From contig LCGZ01000004.1 in the NCBI GenBank assembly GCA_001000065.1, positions 128,867 through 192,866 on the forward strand: a stretch of DNA of 64,000 nt, written 5' to 3'. The translations under genes were made by a program, and so were the position numbers. Numbering within the stretch: position 1 is the first letter of the stretch; each line of letters opens with the position of its first letter. This document shows, in pieces, positions 45,923 through 55,772 of this stretch. Source of the stretch: a candidate division TM6 bacterium GW2011_GWF2_43_87. GTDB lineage: Bacteria > Babelota > Babeliae > Babelales > Babelaceae. Under the pieces are notes generated by a model, which saw nothing but the letters and a program-made list of their open reading frames with translations, was not told the DNA's origin and ran no database searches.

Positions 45923-46816
45923 TTATTTTTCGGTCATGTGTTTAAATTTAATGGGCGACTCAAACCGAATCCTTAGATCGCAAAAGCGTTTGGAGCGGTT
46001 TTTAAGGACTGTGGTTTGTTTGGCAAATTTGTTAAGCAGGTTGAGCTGTGTGATAAGGTGCCCTTTATTCATGTGATAGACTGCTTTGAGCTCTTTTTCA
46101 AGCGGGGTTCTTTTAAAAACAATATTTAAGGTACTGTTGTTTTTAAGATCTTGCATGTTTTTTGGCCAAAGATACGTAGGGTTTCTGGCTCCGAAAATTG
46201 TTTGCATATATCGATTGGCTGCATCGATTAATACGGGATCTCCATTGTAATCGCTAGGCAGTTGCGGAAGTATTATACCTTTTTGAAGTTCTTCGGCAAA
46301 CTTAGGCGCAAGGAAGTTTTTTACGAATATGACACGGTCATCCTTAGTTATTGTCTTTCCCCCTTTTTTGGTGGACATCAAGAGATTGATGAGCTGAGTA
46401 CACTGTTCTGGTTTCCAAAGATTGCCCTCTAGAAGATAGTTCAAGGAATATGCATAGCCTCCAATAAAGGGATCAGCCCCATATTTGAGGAGAAAATTTA
46501 CAAATTCAAGGTTCTTATCGAGAGTAGCGGTATATAACGAAGTGGTCGAGCCACCTATCCTGTTAACGTCTGCGCCATTTTTGACTAGTAACTTTATGAT
46601 TTCAAAGTTGCATGCATAAAAAACAGCACGATTTAGGGGTGGGTAGCCATTGTTGTTCTTGGCATTGACATCTATTTTGTGTCCCGGTTGCAGAAGAGTT
46701 TTAATCCCTTCAAGATCATTTTTGTTTATGAGCTGGTGTAAATTCGCTCCCTTTAACAGGGTAGTGCTTGGTGCAAGCAGAGCGAGTGAGAGTGCGATGA
46801 GTTTTGCAATTTTCAT
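45923..46816 (-). CDS. Ankyrin-repeat protein with signal peptide and a C-terminal domain of unknown function
   Basis: Signal peptide MKIAKLIALSLALLAPSTTLL. ANK motifs NGYPPLNRAVFYACNFEIIKLLVKNGADVN…. Confidence 0.7.
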   Translation of the reverse strand: MKIAKLIALSLALLAPSTTLLKGANLHQLINKNDLEGIKTLLQPGHKIDVNAKNNNGYPPLNRAVFYACNFEIIKLLVKNGADVNRIGGSTTSLYTATLDKNLEFVNFLLKYGADPFIGGYAYSLNYLLEGNLWKPEQCTQLINLLMSTKKGGKTITKDDRVIFVKNFLAPKFAEELQKGIILPQLPSDYNGDPVLIDAANRYMQTIFGARNPTYLWPKNMQDLKNNSTLNIVFKRTPLEKELKAVYHMNKGHLITQLNLLNKFAKQTTVLKNRSKRFCDLRIRFESPIKFKHMTEK

Positions 46817-46947
46817 AAGAATTCTTTCATTATTTTTAATAATTATTAGTTTGCTTAAATTTAGCCCGTGCTATTTTTAATTATAAATTGAATTGTATTT
46901 TTTTCAACAAAGTAACAGATATTTTTAAGTAGAATCAAAGATTAGCT

Positions 46948-47889
46948 CTACTCTTTTACCACGGGTGTCTTTGTCTGTGTACTTTTGTTCTGTATAAACA
47001 GATAGGTACCAAGCGCAACAAACGCTAATGAGACGAAGAAGGTAAGTGAAAGCGGTTCGCCGAGAATAAGGGGACCGTAAAGGTGGACAAAGAGCGGTAT
47101 GGATATTCCGCAGAGTGAGGTTAGGGTGATAGGGTATTTTTTCAGCAGTGTGCCATAAATCGAGTATCCCAGAATGTTTGCTATGGTAATGGAATACAGG
47201 CATACGGCCCAGAAGGTCCATGTTGTAGGGATAGCGTTAAAGTCAACGTTTTCGGTTAATGTTGAAGTAATTAGAGCATATGAACCGCCAATTAACATAA
47301 TAAGCCCATTGAGTTCTGTGGGCGTGTACCGTTCGCTGTGAATAACACGTTGAGCAAGAATCCATCCATATCGCGCAATAACCATGGATACGAAGGCTGC
47401 AATTTCGGGTAATGAAAGAATTCCAATTGAGAAGAATGAAGCCTCTGCAGGCGATGTAGTCCAGAGGAGTATCACTATTCCTGCAAAACTAATGGCTATG
47501 CCTAAAATTTGCGAGCGGGACATGCGTTCGCCCCAGAGAAAGTAGGCATAAAGTGCCGTTACAAACGGGTCCATGCTTGCGATAAGGGTGGCTTTGGATG
47601 AAATTAGATTTTTGAGAGCAAAAGCTTTGAGAACCGAGGGTAAGAAGGTGGTGAAGGCTCCAATAACGAGAAGATGTTTAATATCCGGCTTTAGGTGACA
47701 CATTTTCATGCGAGGAGATTTAAATGCTTGGTAGGTGAGGATAATAATTCCCGAGGCAAGCATGCGAATGCCAACATAAAAGAGGGGCGGTAAATGAAAA
47801 AGAATAAGCTTATTTAAAGTTGTAGCGCTTGCAAAGAGCGCGTAGCCGCCGAAAATGTAGAGCAGCGCGGTTGGAGAAAGGTTAACCAT
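46948..47889 (-). CDS. DMT-superfamily (EamA-like) transporter
   Basis: About 10 predicted TM helices in two EamA-like halves. Overlaps the upstream HIT gene by 8 nt. Confidence 0.7.
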   Translation of the reverse strand: MVNLSPTALLYIFGGYALFASATTLNKLILFHLPPLFYVGIRMLASGIIILTYQAFKSPRMKMCHLKPDIKHLLVIGAFTTFLPSVLKAFALKNLISSKATLIASMDPFVTALYAYFLWGERMSRSQILGIAISFAGIVILLWTTSPAEASFFSIGILSLPEIAAFVSMVIARYGWILAQRVIHSERYTPTELNGLIMLIGGSYALITSTLTENVDFNAIPTTWTFWAVCLYSITIANILGYSIYGTLLKKYPITLTSLCGISIPLFVHLYGPLILGEPLSLTFFVSLAFVALGTYLFIQNKSTQTKTPVVKE

Positions 47890-48403
47890 GGGTGCCTAGA
47901 ATTAGTTTGCTAAACGGTTCTTTTAATAAATTATAAACTATACGTAAATCTTCAGACAGCAATTTGGTCTCAGCTATAAGAGGCAAAAAGCCGGTGTCAC
48001 CGCGCCATCGAGGAATTACATGAAGGTGCAGATGTTCTGGAATGCTTCCGCCGGACGAATGATCGCCTAGATTAAACCCTATGTTTATCCCGTTGCACTT
48101 TAGTACGGTGTATAGTATGCGTTCGCTTGCACTCGCAATTTCCATCATTTCGCAGCGTGTTTGTGGAGTTAATTCATACAGGTTGGCGGCCGGTTGTTTG
48201 GGAACGATAAGTAGATGGCCTGGGTTGTAAGGATAGAGATTTAGCAAGACAATGCTATTTTCAAAGCGCCTTAGTATGAGGCATTTTTCATCATCTGTAG
48301 TTTCAAATTGTGCAGTGAATACACTTTTACCGTCTGATGATTTTTCCTTTTTTTGGATCTTTTCAGCATAGGTACCCCGCCAGGGGGCATAAAGATATTC
48401 CAT
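47882..48403 (-). CDS. HIT-family hydrolase
   Basis: C-terminal histidine triad HLHLHVIPRW. Confidence 0.75.
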   Translation of the reverse strand: MEYLYAPWRGTYAEKIQKKEKSSDGKSVFTAQFETTDDEKCLILRRFENSIVLLNLYPYNPGHLLIVPKQPAANLYELTPQTRCEMMEIASASERILYTVLKCNGINIGFNLGDHSSGGSIPEHLHLHVIPRWRGDTGFLPLIAETKLLSEDLRIVYNLLKEPFSKLILGTHG

Positions 48404-48430
48404 AAGTGGAACTTCCTTTATTAAGGGTTT

Positions 48431-49387
48431 TTACAGCTTACTCACAGGGTGACAGGTTTTTAAAAAAGCAGCAAGATCGTTGGGTAACTCCGCCTTAAAA
48501 AAGAAGGGCGTGTTGTCAAACGTAAAAGAAAGCTCTGTGGCGTGTAAAAAATGAAGTTCATTTATGCCTAGCGCTCCAGGTCTTTTATTTCCATAGAGCG
48601 TATCCCCAAGAAGTGGGTGCTCTATTGAGGCCATATGTACTCGGATTTGATGTGTTCGTCCGGTGCGTGGATAAACACGCAGTAGGGTGCCCTCTTGGAA
48701 GTAACTAACTGCTTCGAAATAAGTTTCTGCAGGTCGCCCTTCAGAGGTGAAGCAACAGGTCATACGTCGAGGGTCGAGAGCATCACGCATTATGGGTGTT
48801 GATATTGTCCCTTTTTCAGGTGTGTGACCTTGAACAAGTGCAAGATAGACTTTTTTTACGCTGCGTGTGCTAAATAATGCGCGCAGTTCATTGTAGCCCT
48901 GTTCTGTTTTGGCGATAAGAATGAGGCCTGAGGTAAATTTATCCAGTCGGTGTACAATTCCGGGACGATGCGCTTCTCCTATATTAGCTATGGACGGGTA
49001 GTCTGCAACTACTATATCGGATAGAGAAACTTCATTGTTTGCGACAGATGCAGGGTGAGTGAGCAGACCGGCAGGTTTGTTGATTACTAAAAAATGTTCA
49101 CATTCTTTTACTAGATTTTTTTTGATAAAATCTTCGTAACCTGTGAATCTAGGCTTTCGTTGAGTGGGTTGTGGGGTAGCTATTTCTACCGCATCATTGG
49201 TATAGAGTAACCGGCTAGATTTTGTGGTGATTATATCGTTTACAGTAACTAGACCTTTTTCAATAATACGCTGAGCCTCGGTGCGAGAGCAGGGTTTTTT
49301 GTGCGCAGTAATGAATTGATCAAGACGCGTAGCGTTCTCAATTTCTGAAACGTGTATCAAAAGTTTCTCTGTCATACTTTCCAACAT
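48431..49387 (-). CDS. RluA-family pseudouridine synthase (RluD-like, with S4 domain)
   Basis: S4-like N-terminus. Catalytic HRLDKFTSGLILIAK motif. Confidence 0.85.
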   Translation of the reverse strand: MLESMTEKLLIHVSEIENATRLDQFITAHKKPCSRTEAQRIIEKGLVTVNDIITTKSSRLLYTNDAVEIATPQPTQRKPRFTGYEDFIKKNLVKECEHFLVINKPAGLLTHPASVANNEVSLSDIVVADYPSIANIGEAHRPGIVHRLDKFTSGLILIAKTEQGYNELRALFSTRSVKKVYLALVQGHTPEKGTISTPIMRDALDPRRMTCCFTSEGRPAETYFEAVSYFQEGTLLRVYPRTGRTHQIRVHMASIEHPLLGDTLYGNKRPGALGINELHFLHATELSFTFDNTPFFFKAELPNDLAAFLKTCHPVSKL

Positions 49388-49472
49388 TTTTTATATTATA
49401 TATTCTCTTTTTAAGAGTAGAACGAATACAATGAAAGTCAAATAGGTCGCGTGTCAAAAACGAGGGGGCACA

Positions 49473-50828
49473 ATGGAAAGAGAAGAGTTATTTGCCGCGA
49501 TGGTTGATCATCTTGATGAGGTGGTGGCTGGAAGTTCGGATATTGGAAAGTTGTTGCACTCAAAACTGGAGGCGTTGCACCCGGCGGATGCGGCAGCTTT
49601 TTTGGGGAGCTTGAAAGATGAAGACGAACATCGTCTTTTCCTTTCTTTTTCTCGAGGGCGGCAGCTTGAGGTATTCAAGGAGCTATCTAACCCTAGTAAG
49701 GCTCATATTGTAGCATTGTTGGATGACAACCAACGGCGTGCTATTTTTACGCATTTGTCGGTTGACGAGTTAACGGACTTTCTTGAGGAGATTTCTGACC
49801 AAGCGCTAGAGCATTATCTTCGGCTCTTGCAGAAGAAGGATAGAGACCAAGTAGTTTCGGTTTTGCAGTTTGAGGCTGAGACAGCGGGACGTCATATGGA
49901 CGTAAGCGTGTTGTCTCTTATTAACGATTTTACGGTTGAGAAGAGTATTCAGCTTATACGACGGTTGCAGCCGGATCGAGAGTTGCATCGGAGTATTTTT
50001 GTAACGGATAGAGACGGTCTTTTGCGGGGGTATATTTTATTGGAAGATCTGGTTCTTAAGAATGCAGATGTGCGTCTTTCGTCATTTTTGAGAAAAAATG
50101 AAATAGTAGTAGAGAGCCACGAGGATCGGGAAGAAGTCGCCTACAAGATGATGCATTATAACGTTATGACGGTGCCGGTTGTGGATAAAAAAGGGGTCTT
50201 TTTGGGCGTTATTCCGGGCGATGAGTTGGTTGATATTATTGAAGAAGAGTCGAGCGAAGACATTTATCGCATGGCAACCATGAGCCCTATTAAAGATTCG
50301 TACTTAGAGACGTCCTTTTGGAAGCTCTTGGGCCAACGTAGTTCCATTCTCATTGTCCTGCTCTTTGTGCAATCACTTTCTACCTCGTTAATTGCTCATT
50401 ACCAGGCAGTTTTGGCTTCATTGCTTATTCTGTTTATACCGATGTTAACTAGTGCGGGTGGAAATGTAAGTAGTCAGACGTCGGCATTTGCAATAAAGGG
50501 GCTTGCAACTGGAGAGATTGACGATCAAAACTTTAAGCGTTTTATTCGTAGAGAGTTTTTTATGGCACTCATGATTGGTGCAATTTTGGGTGCATTTGCA
50601 TTTGTTCGTGTTTTCTTGTGGCATGCGGATTTATGGAGTGCTGTGGCGGTAAGTTGTTCGCTGACAGCCATTGTGGTGGTGTCTGTGATGCTTGGAAGTG
50701 CTATTCCCTTGGTGTTGAAAAAGTTTAATTTTGATCCTGCTCACTCTGCTGGTCCGCTATTAGCGACTCTTATGGATATTATAGGGCTGTCTATTTTTTG
50801 TGTAATTAGCAGTTTTATTTTGTCTTAA
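49473..50828 (+). CDS. mgtE: Magnesium transporter MgtE
   Basis: MgtE N-domain, CBS pair, and a 5-TM C-terminal domain. Confidence 0.85.
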   Translation: MEREELFAAMVDHLDEVVAGSSDIGKLLHSKLEALHPADAAAFLGSLKDEDEHRLFLSFSRGRQLEVFKELSNPSKAHIVALLDDNQRRAIFTHLSVDELTDFLEEISDQALEHYLRLLQKKDRDQVVSVLQFEAETAGRHMDVSVLSLINDFTVEKSIQLIRRLQPDRELHRSIFVTDRDGLLRGYILLEDLVLKNADVRLSSFLRKNEIVVESHEDREEVAYKMMHYNVMTVPVVDKKGVFLGVIPGDELVDIIEEESSEDIYRMATMSPIKDSYLETSFWKLLGQRSSILIVLLFVQSLSTSLIAHYQAVLASLLILFIPMLTSAGGNVSSQTSAFAIKGLATGEIDDQNFKRFIRREFFMALMIGAILGAFAFVRVFLWHADLWSAVAVSCSLTAIVVVSVMLGSAIPLVLKKFNFDPAHSAGPLLATLMDIIGLSIFCVISSFILS

Positions 50829-50894
50829 AAAGGGAGTGTTTTATTAAGATTTTTTAATTTTCGGCGAGAATAGAAAAGAAAATGATTCATTCTC

Positions 50895-50923
50895 TTGACA
50901 AAGCGATCCTCGATCCGTAAATT
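50895..50923 (+). promoter_or_regulatory. Candidate sigma70 promoter for tRNA-Lys(UUU) (TTGACA, 17 nt spacer, TAAATT)
   Basis: Consensus -35 box and a good -10 box 13 nt upstream of the tRNA. The ttctcttgaca motif is repeated before the second tRNA. Confidence 0.4.
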
Positions 50924-50936
50924 AAAATTATAACTA

Positions 50937-51012
50937 GAGCCGCTAGCTCAGGTGGTAGAGCAACAGCCTTTTAAGCTGTGGGTCGTAGGTTCGAGTCCTA
51001 CGCGGCTCACCA
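50937..51012 (+). tRNA. tRNA-Lys (anticodon UUU)
   Basis: Cloverleaf with acceptor GAGCCGC/GCGGCTC, anticodon loop cTTTTaa, T-arm GGTTCGAGTCC, and an encoded CCA. Confidence 0.9.
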
Positions 51013-51085
51013 GGTTTTTCTAAGACCTGTGTGAGGTTTTGAAATTTTGACAAGAGAAAGGCACGAGATCTAGGTCGTAGCTTCC

Positions 51086-51114
51086 TAAATTCTCTTGACA
51101 TGTTGTGGTTCAAC
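51086..51114 (+). promoter_or_regulatory. Candidate promoter for tRNA-Lys(CUU) (TTGACA, 17 nt spacer, TAACAT)
   Basis: The same ttctcttgaca -35 motif as the upstream tRNA promoter. Confidence 0.35.
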
Positions 51115-51136
51115 CCGTAACATTTGAATAGTGAAT

Positions 51137-51212
51137 GAGCCGCTAGCTCAGTTGGTAGAGCAACAGCCTCTTAAGCTGTGGGTCGTAGGTTCGAGCCCTA
51201 CGCGGCTCACCA
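51137..51212 (+). tRNA. tRNA-Lys (anticodon CUU)
   Basis: Near-identical to the first tRNA-Lys except for anticodon CTT and a few D-loop and T-arm bases. Encoded CCA. Confidence 0.9.
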
Positions 51213-51240
51213 TTCATTTACTTTCGGGTTTTCTATCCAG

Positions 51241-51318
51241 GTCCCCATCGTCTAGCCTGGTCCAGGACATCGCCCTTTCACGGCGGTAACAGGGGTTCGA
51301 ATCCCCTTGGGGACGCCA
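51241..51318 (+). tRNA. tRNA-Glu (anticodon UUC)
   Basis: Acceptor GTCCCCA/TGGGGAC. Anticodon loop CTTTCAC. T-arm GGTTCGAATCC. Discriminator G and CCA. Confidence 0.85.
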
Positions 51319-51516
51319 GCTTTCGCCAAGGCTTCAGCTGGCACGGCCAGTTTCTTTAACGGAATGATTTTATAGGTAAGTTGGTGTGGTAAGCTTAAGC
51401 GAAAGCTGTCCGCCATAGCTTAGTTAAACCTCGAAGTTATTACCCACGCAAGCGACGGCTGGACTGGCTGGCCCCATAATTAAAGTTAATTCCATTTTTC
51501 TGGTTATCTGGTCTCT

Positions 51517-51759
51517 ATGCATTACGTATATCTTATTAGATCCGTAAAATTTCCTGATCAAACTTATGTTGGTAATACAGTCTATTTGAAGCAGCGATTG
51601 GAAGTCCATAATTCTGGTGGTTCCATTCATACAGCCAATGCTAGGCCATGGGAATTAGTTATGTTTCTTGGATTTAAAGATAAACTTAAAGCAACAGCAT
51701 TTGAAAAATACTTAAAATCAGGTTCGGGCAGGGTCTTTGCCAAAAAACATCTCTGGTAA
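51517..51759 (+). CDS. GIY-YIG nuclease-superfamily protein (YhbQ-like small standalone GIY-YIG)
   Basis: YVYLIRS…YVGNT…R…H…E motif spacing of the GIY-YIG catalytic domain. 80 aa. Confidence 0.65.
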   Translation: MHYVYLIRSVKFPDQTYVGNTVYLKQRLEVHNSGGSIHTANARPWELVMFLGFKDKLKATAFEKYLKSGSGRVFAKKHLW

Positions 51760-51840
51760 AAGTCTTTGCTTGTCTTTTTCGCTAGTTCGTCGTGGCTAAG
51801 GGGTGCGACGAAGTTATTACTCATGCCCGTGCTCAAGGGA

Positions 51841-51872
51841 GCTTTAATTTGACATGAATGTCAAATTAAAGC
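51841..51872. promoter_or_regulatory. Near-perfect 32-bp palindrome (candidate operator or terminator) upstream of 51920 gene
   Basis: GCTTTAATTTGACAT-ga-ATGTCAAATTAAAGC forms 15 perfect pairs. No immediate T-run follows on the + strand. Confidence 0.3.
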
Positions 51873-51919
51873 AGGATAAATAGAAATATTAATTTTATTT
51901 TGAAGTGGAGGATTCATAA

Positions 51920-53194
51920 ATGAAAAATACGAAAATTTTAATAGCTACATTAGTTCTATTTTTGAGTTGTTCATCCCTGCAGTCCGTTGGTTCTGACAGT
52001 AGCACAAAAAATGGTTCTGTGAGCTCATTTGTTAAAAATGGGTTATGGGGGGCTGGGGCTGGTTTTGCAAGTGCTGGTTTGTTGCGTCTGGCGTCGGCCA
52101 CCAAAAAATGGGGCAACCATTCACCCACACTCAAACAGTATCTTGGGGCAGGATTTGGCGTGGGAATTAGCGTAATGGGCCTAAAATACCTCTATGATTA
52201 TTGCACCGCTCCTTATACGCCTGAACAACTGCTTAAATTGATCATAAACAACCCCAAGAAGGCGCTTGCTTACACATCGCGGCTTAATGATAAGTTTTTT
52301 GCAAATGCCGAAAAGTCTCCCAAAAAGATTTTGGAATTGGCACGACAGTACGAGCATGACTGTCCAATACTGCTCTTGGGGGAATGCATGAAGGAAGATT
52401 GGGGGCATTGCATATTGAGCAGAGATTATAATCCGAAATTTAGAGACCATTTCGAGTCAAAGGTGGTTGCTGCCATGAGCAAGAGACTTGAGGGTGGCAA
52501 GACGGTCAATTATGTCGGTTTTGGCTCGGGGGGCATGTTCCAAGACCTTGTGATTATGGCTAAGATGCTCACGAAAAATCCGACCGCTCAGATTAATATC
52601 AATCTCATAGATCCAAAATATTGGGTTTACGTGGCCATGCGTGATTACCTGAAAAATGGCCGTGAGGTAGGGCAAAAATATGATGACACGCCAACGGAGG
52701 AATTTGCAGATTATGCACTCAAAAAGGTCAAAGAGGCAGTTGGTACTATTGAAGTTAGCGATGGGGAGTTTAAGGAAAATACTAAAACAAACGCGACGTT
52801 TGAGGGAATGAAGTATAAGCAATTTATCTCATTCCTCCAAAAAGCATTTCCGAACGCATCTCTAACGCTTTCAATTCATGAATCTGCAGATAAGTACCTA
52901 GAGTATGTGGATGCTAATAACTTGCCTTACCCAGATGTTATTACTGCAGCCGATATTCAAGATGAGATGAGTTTTGGGAGTCTTAAGGACTATTTTAAAC
53001 TCTCTCTTCTCGCTAAAAAAAAACAGCCCTCTTCGATAAATCTTTGGCTTTCCAAGGGTGAAGAAAACCTAAATCCGGAGCTTGTTACATACTCATTCAA
53101 AAAGCTGCAAGGTGGGGAGAAGATAGATATCAAGGGGAAACTTGACTATGCCAAAAACATAAATCACATCTGGCAGAAGGCTGTAAAGATATAA
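51920..53194 (+). CDS. Hypothetical secreted protein (424 aa) with a Gly-rich N-terminal segment
   Basis: Signal peptide MKNTKILIATLVLFLSCSS. No recognisable domain. Confidence 0.5.
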   Translation: MKNTKILIATLVLFLSCSSLQSVGSDSSTKNGSVSSFVKNGLWGAGAGFASAGLLRLASATKKWGNHSPTLKQYLGAGFGVGISVMGLKYLYDYCTAPYTPEQLLKLIINNPKKALAYTSRLNDKFFANAEKSPKKILELARQYEHDCPILLLGECMKEDWGHCILSRDYNPKFRDHFESKVVAAMSKRLEGGKTVNYVGFGSGGMFQDLVIMAKMLTKNPTAQININLIDPKYWVYVAMRDYLKNGREVGQKYDDTPTEEFADYALKKVKEAVGTIEVSDGEFKENTKTNATFEGMKYKQFISFLQKAFPNASLTLSIHESADKYLEYVDANNLPYPDVITAADIQDEMSFGSLKDYFKLSLLAKKKQPSSINLWLSKGEENLNPELVTYSFKKLQGGEKIDIKGKLDYAKNINHIWQKAVKI

Positions 53195-53300
53195 TAATTG
53201 TGCTGTGTTATTATTTTAGCCTTTATTGACTATTCCTTTGTCAGCACTTGAATTTTCGATCGATTTTAATGAGCGGATCAAAAAAACTAATAATATGACA

Positions 53301-53639
53301 TCAATGCATTTTTTGTCCATTTTCGACCTTCAGATCGGCTGAGATTAAACAAATTCCACCATTTTTGTCTGAAAATCCAACAAGCAAAAATTGGGATAGG
53401 AAGCCCGCAATATTTTTCTCTCCTAAGTTGACGCATCCTACAATTTGTTTGCCAAGAAGTGTTTGCGGGGTGTAATGTATAGTTACCTGAGCGGATGTTT
53501 GTAATATTCCTAGTTCAGGACCAAAATCCGCCCATATCTTGAAGGCAGGCTTTTTGGCTCTTGGGAATTCTTCCACTTTCACGATCGTTCCAGAGCGCAA
53601 ATCGACGCGTTCAAAGTCTTCGTATGTGATTGTTGTCAT
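53301..53639 (-). CDS. csaA: tRNA-binding protein (CsaA / YgjH-like OB-fold, EMAP domain)
   Basis: ITYEDFERVDLRSGTIVKVEEFP…VGCVNLGEKNIAGFLSQ matches CsaA family proteins. Confidence 0.8.
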   Translation of the reverse strand: MTTITYEDFERVDLRSGTIVKVEEFPRAKKPAFKIWADFGPELGILQTSAQVTIHYTPQTLLGKQIVGCVNLGEKNIAGFLSQFLLVGFSDKNGGICLISADLKVENGQKMH

Positions 53640-54288
53640 TTTTTACTTCTTAAAAGGAGAGCGGGGATAATGACTGTCAAGCTTCATGACGCTCTCCTTT
53701 CTTGTTAAAGTTTCTCTGTGTCTTCTTCTAGGATTCTGGAGGGACAATGACTGGTCTTGGCCAGTATCTATCATGTTTAAATTTTAGTGGCAGGATGTTG
53801 GAGCTAAAAATGCGGTTGCGTCTCCCATCATCCAAACCACCCTTGAAGGGCAGGAACGGGCCGACGAACTTGAGCTCAGCACCGCTCTTTAAAAATTTTC
53901 CATCCCCATATTTTAAAAAAAAGTACTTCTGATAATGAGTGCCAAAGCTGCTTGGCGGTAGTTCCATTTTTAGCAAAGATAAAGATACGCAGCTGAAAAA
54001 TTTTTGAGTGGTAAGGTTTGGCTCTGCGGCCTGAGGTACGGCGGAAACAACAGTATGGTTATCAGAGCGATTTTAATGAGTTTCATTAGAGGACTCCCGG
54101 TTAATTAGTAAATCCCTTGCGTCCGTTGCTTTAGAATGCAAGAGGACATGGACAGTTAATTCTCATAGAAAAGCCTCGTACACCAACCCAACGAAAGTCA
54201 AGTTATTCTTCTTTCATTACTAAGTAGAAGGTTATGCGCATTTTACCTCTTAAATTGAAAGACTTTGTTTTGTGAGTCGCAAAAATAA

Positions 54289-54933
54289 TTACGCACCAAA
54301 GGGCTTTTCTAGCTGCATAGTATATGCAAAACGGTTCCCAATCATATTTTTTTCAAGAAATCCAACAGCTGTGGTCAATTGACGTACCGTTTTTTGGGAC
54401 TGAAAATGGGGATCAAAGATAACCTCGGTTATGGATAAGATGCCTCCTGGTTTGAGAGCATTAAAAAGCTCTTTTAATGCAAATTCGCGGTTAGGAATTT
54501 CGCCCAAGACGGTGACTAGTAAAATGCGGTCGTAGTAATCGTGTTCTAACTTTCCCTCGCCAATTCCGGCTTGGAGAAATCGAATGTGGGGGAGGTTCAA
54601 GGCTTCTGCCTTTTCCCGGACTCGCTGAAGCATTCCTGGTTGCATATCCATGGCTACAACTTCTCCTTGCGGACTAATTTTTTGTGCAAGGGGGATGGTG
54701 AGTCGTCCAGGGCCGCAACCGGCATCTAGAACCTTCATAGTGGGTTTCAATCCTAAAGTTTCAATAATGACGTGTGCCCGGTTGGTTTTTGTGAAGGGGT
54801 TGTCAAGTTCAACCATCCAGCCTAGCCAAGTAGGGCAGGGAAGCGTGTGGCGGCGTGAATAAAGGCGCCACATAAGGCTGATAAGTAAACCAAGCGCTAT
54901 CAATCCGAGCATAGGGTATAGGATTGTTTTCAT
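54289..54933 (-). CDS. Class I SAM-dependent methyltransferase with N-terminal TM helix
   Basis: Motif I VLDAGCGPGRLTIPLA. Methyltransf_11/25-like spacing. N-terminal hydrophobic helix. Confidence 0.75.
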   Translation of the reverse strand: MKTILYPMLGLIALGLLISLMWRLYSRRHTLPCPTWLGWMVELDNPFTKTNRAHVIIETLGLKPTMKVLDAGCGPGRLTIPLAQKISPQGEVVAMDMQPGMLQRVREKAEALNLPHIRFLQAGIGEGKLEHDYYDRILLVTVLGEIPNREFALKELFNALKPGGILSITEVIFDPHFQSQKTVRQLTTAVGFLEKNMIGNRFAYTMQLEKPFGA

Positions 54934-55772
54934 GCAAGTACCTTTTTATTGAAGAAGAATTTTTTGTTCTGAAGAACAATGATGGTTGAAATTATAAGCA
55001 AGAGGACTGTTATGATGCATTTTGTAAATTGTTCTGTTTGAAAAAGAACAGAGCTAAGATTGAACATGACATGAAACATAATGGCCGCTTGAATACTCCG
55101 GTTATTTTTATAGTAAATCCAATTTATTAGAATTGTGGCTGGCAGGATGCTGACGAAAAAATTGATGACGTAGACGATGTTTGTATTCCACAATTCGTGG
55201 TGGTAATAGCCGTTGATGAAAAACAAGGGGAGGTGCCACAGGGCCCAAAGGCTTGCAAACAGTAGGGTTGTTTTCCATAGTGTGAATTTGCTCATGAGAC
55301 TGTCTACACCGTAACCTCTCCATCCAAGTTCTTCAAGTGTTGGGGCCAGAAACAGAATAAGTAGGCTGATCAGGCTTTGCCCCCTCATGATCTTATACTG
55401 GCTAGCAAGGGAGAATTGATCGATCGACCGCCCAAATATCAGGGAGATGGTTGTTGCCAAAAATAGAACAATAGGAAGGAGTAGCAACAATGTCGGAAGG
55501 AAACGTAATTTAATTTTACGAAAGCTCAACCTATCGTAAAAATCTTTTCTAAGGTTTTTATTATTTGAACCAGAAAGAAGGATTAGAGTCGCAACGCACG
55601 GCCCGAACAAGCCAATTCCCATGAAGAGGAATTGTAAATCGGTCCCGGTTACTTGGTAACTAAAATAAGCTGAGATGAACCATGGTATCCACGTGAGTAG
55701 AAATGTAATAAGAAAAAAATGTATTGGTTTATAGGTGTGTGTTGGTTGCATTCTTTGCTTTCTAGATTTCAA
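54930..55772 (-). CDS. CPBP-family intramembrane metalloprotease (CAAX protease / Abi-like)
   Basis: LAPTLEELGWRGY (EExxxR) and FASLWALWHLP (FxxxH) motifs in a polytopic membrane protein. Confidence 0.75.
   Translation of the reverse strand: MKSRKQRMQPTHTYKPIHFFLITFLLTWIPWFISAYFSYQVTGTDLQFLFMGIGLFGPCVATLILLSGSNNKNLRKDFYDRLSFRKIKLRFLPTLLLLLPIVLFLATTISLIFGRSIDQFSLASQYKIMRGQSLISLLILFLAPTLEELGWRGYGVDSLMSKFTLWKTTLLFASLWALWHLPLFFINGYYHHELWNTNIVYVINFFVSILPATILINWIYYKNNRSIQAAIMFHVMFNLSSVLFQTEQFTKCIITVLLLIISTIIVLQNKKFFFNKKVLA

Noticed and set aside
51432-51826. 18-nt imperfect direct repeats flanking the GIY-YIG gene
   Set aside because: With 2 mismatches in 18 nt, the chance expectation is not negligible, roughly 0.5 for a pair within 400 bp. 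It is mentioned under the GIY-YIG finding but not called as a feature.
53728-53976. 82-aa (minus) and 61-aa (plus) overlapping small ORFs in the 53.64-54.29 kb gap
   Set aside because: Neither ORF has an RBS or a recognisable family, and they overlap each other. This may be degraded sequence, so it is left unannotated.
53262-54086. 13-nt exact repeat cgattttaatgag at 53262 and 54064
   Set aside because: Dozens of 13-mer coincidences are expected by chance in 64 kb of AT-rich sequence. There is no extended similarity.
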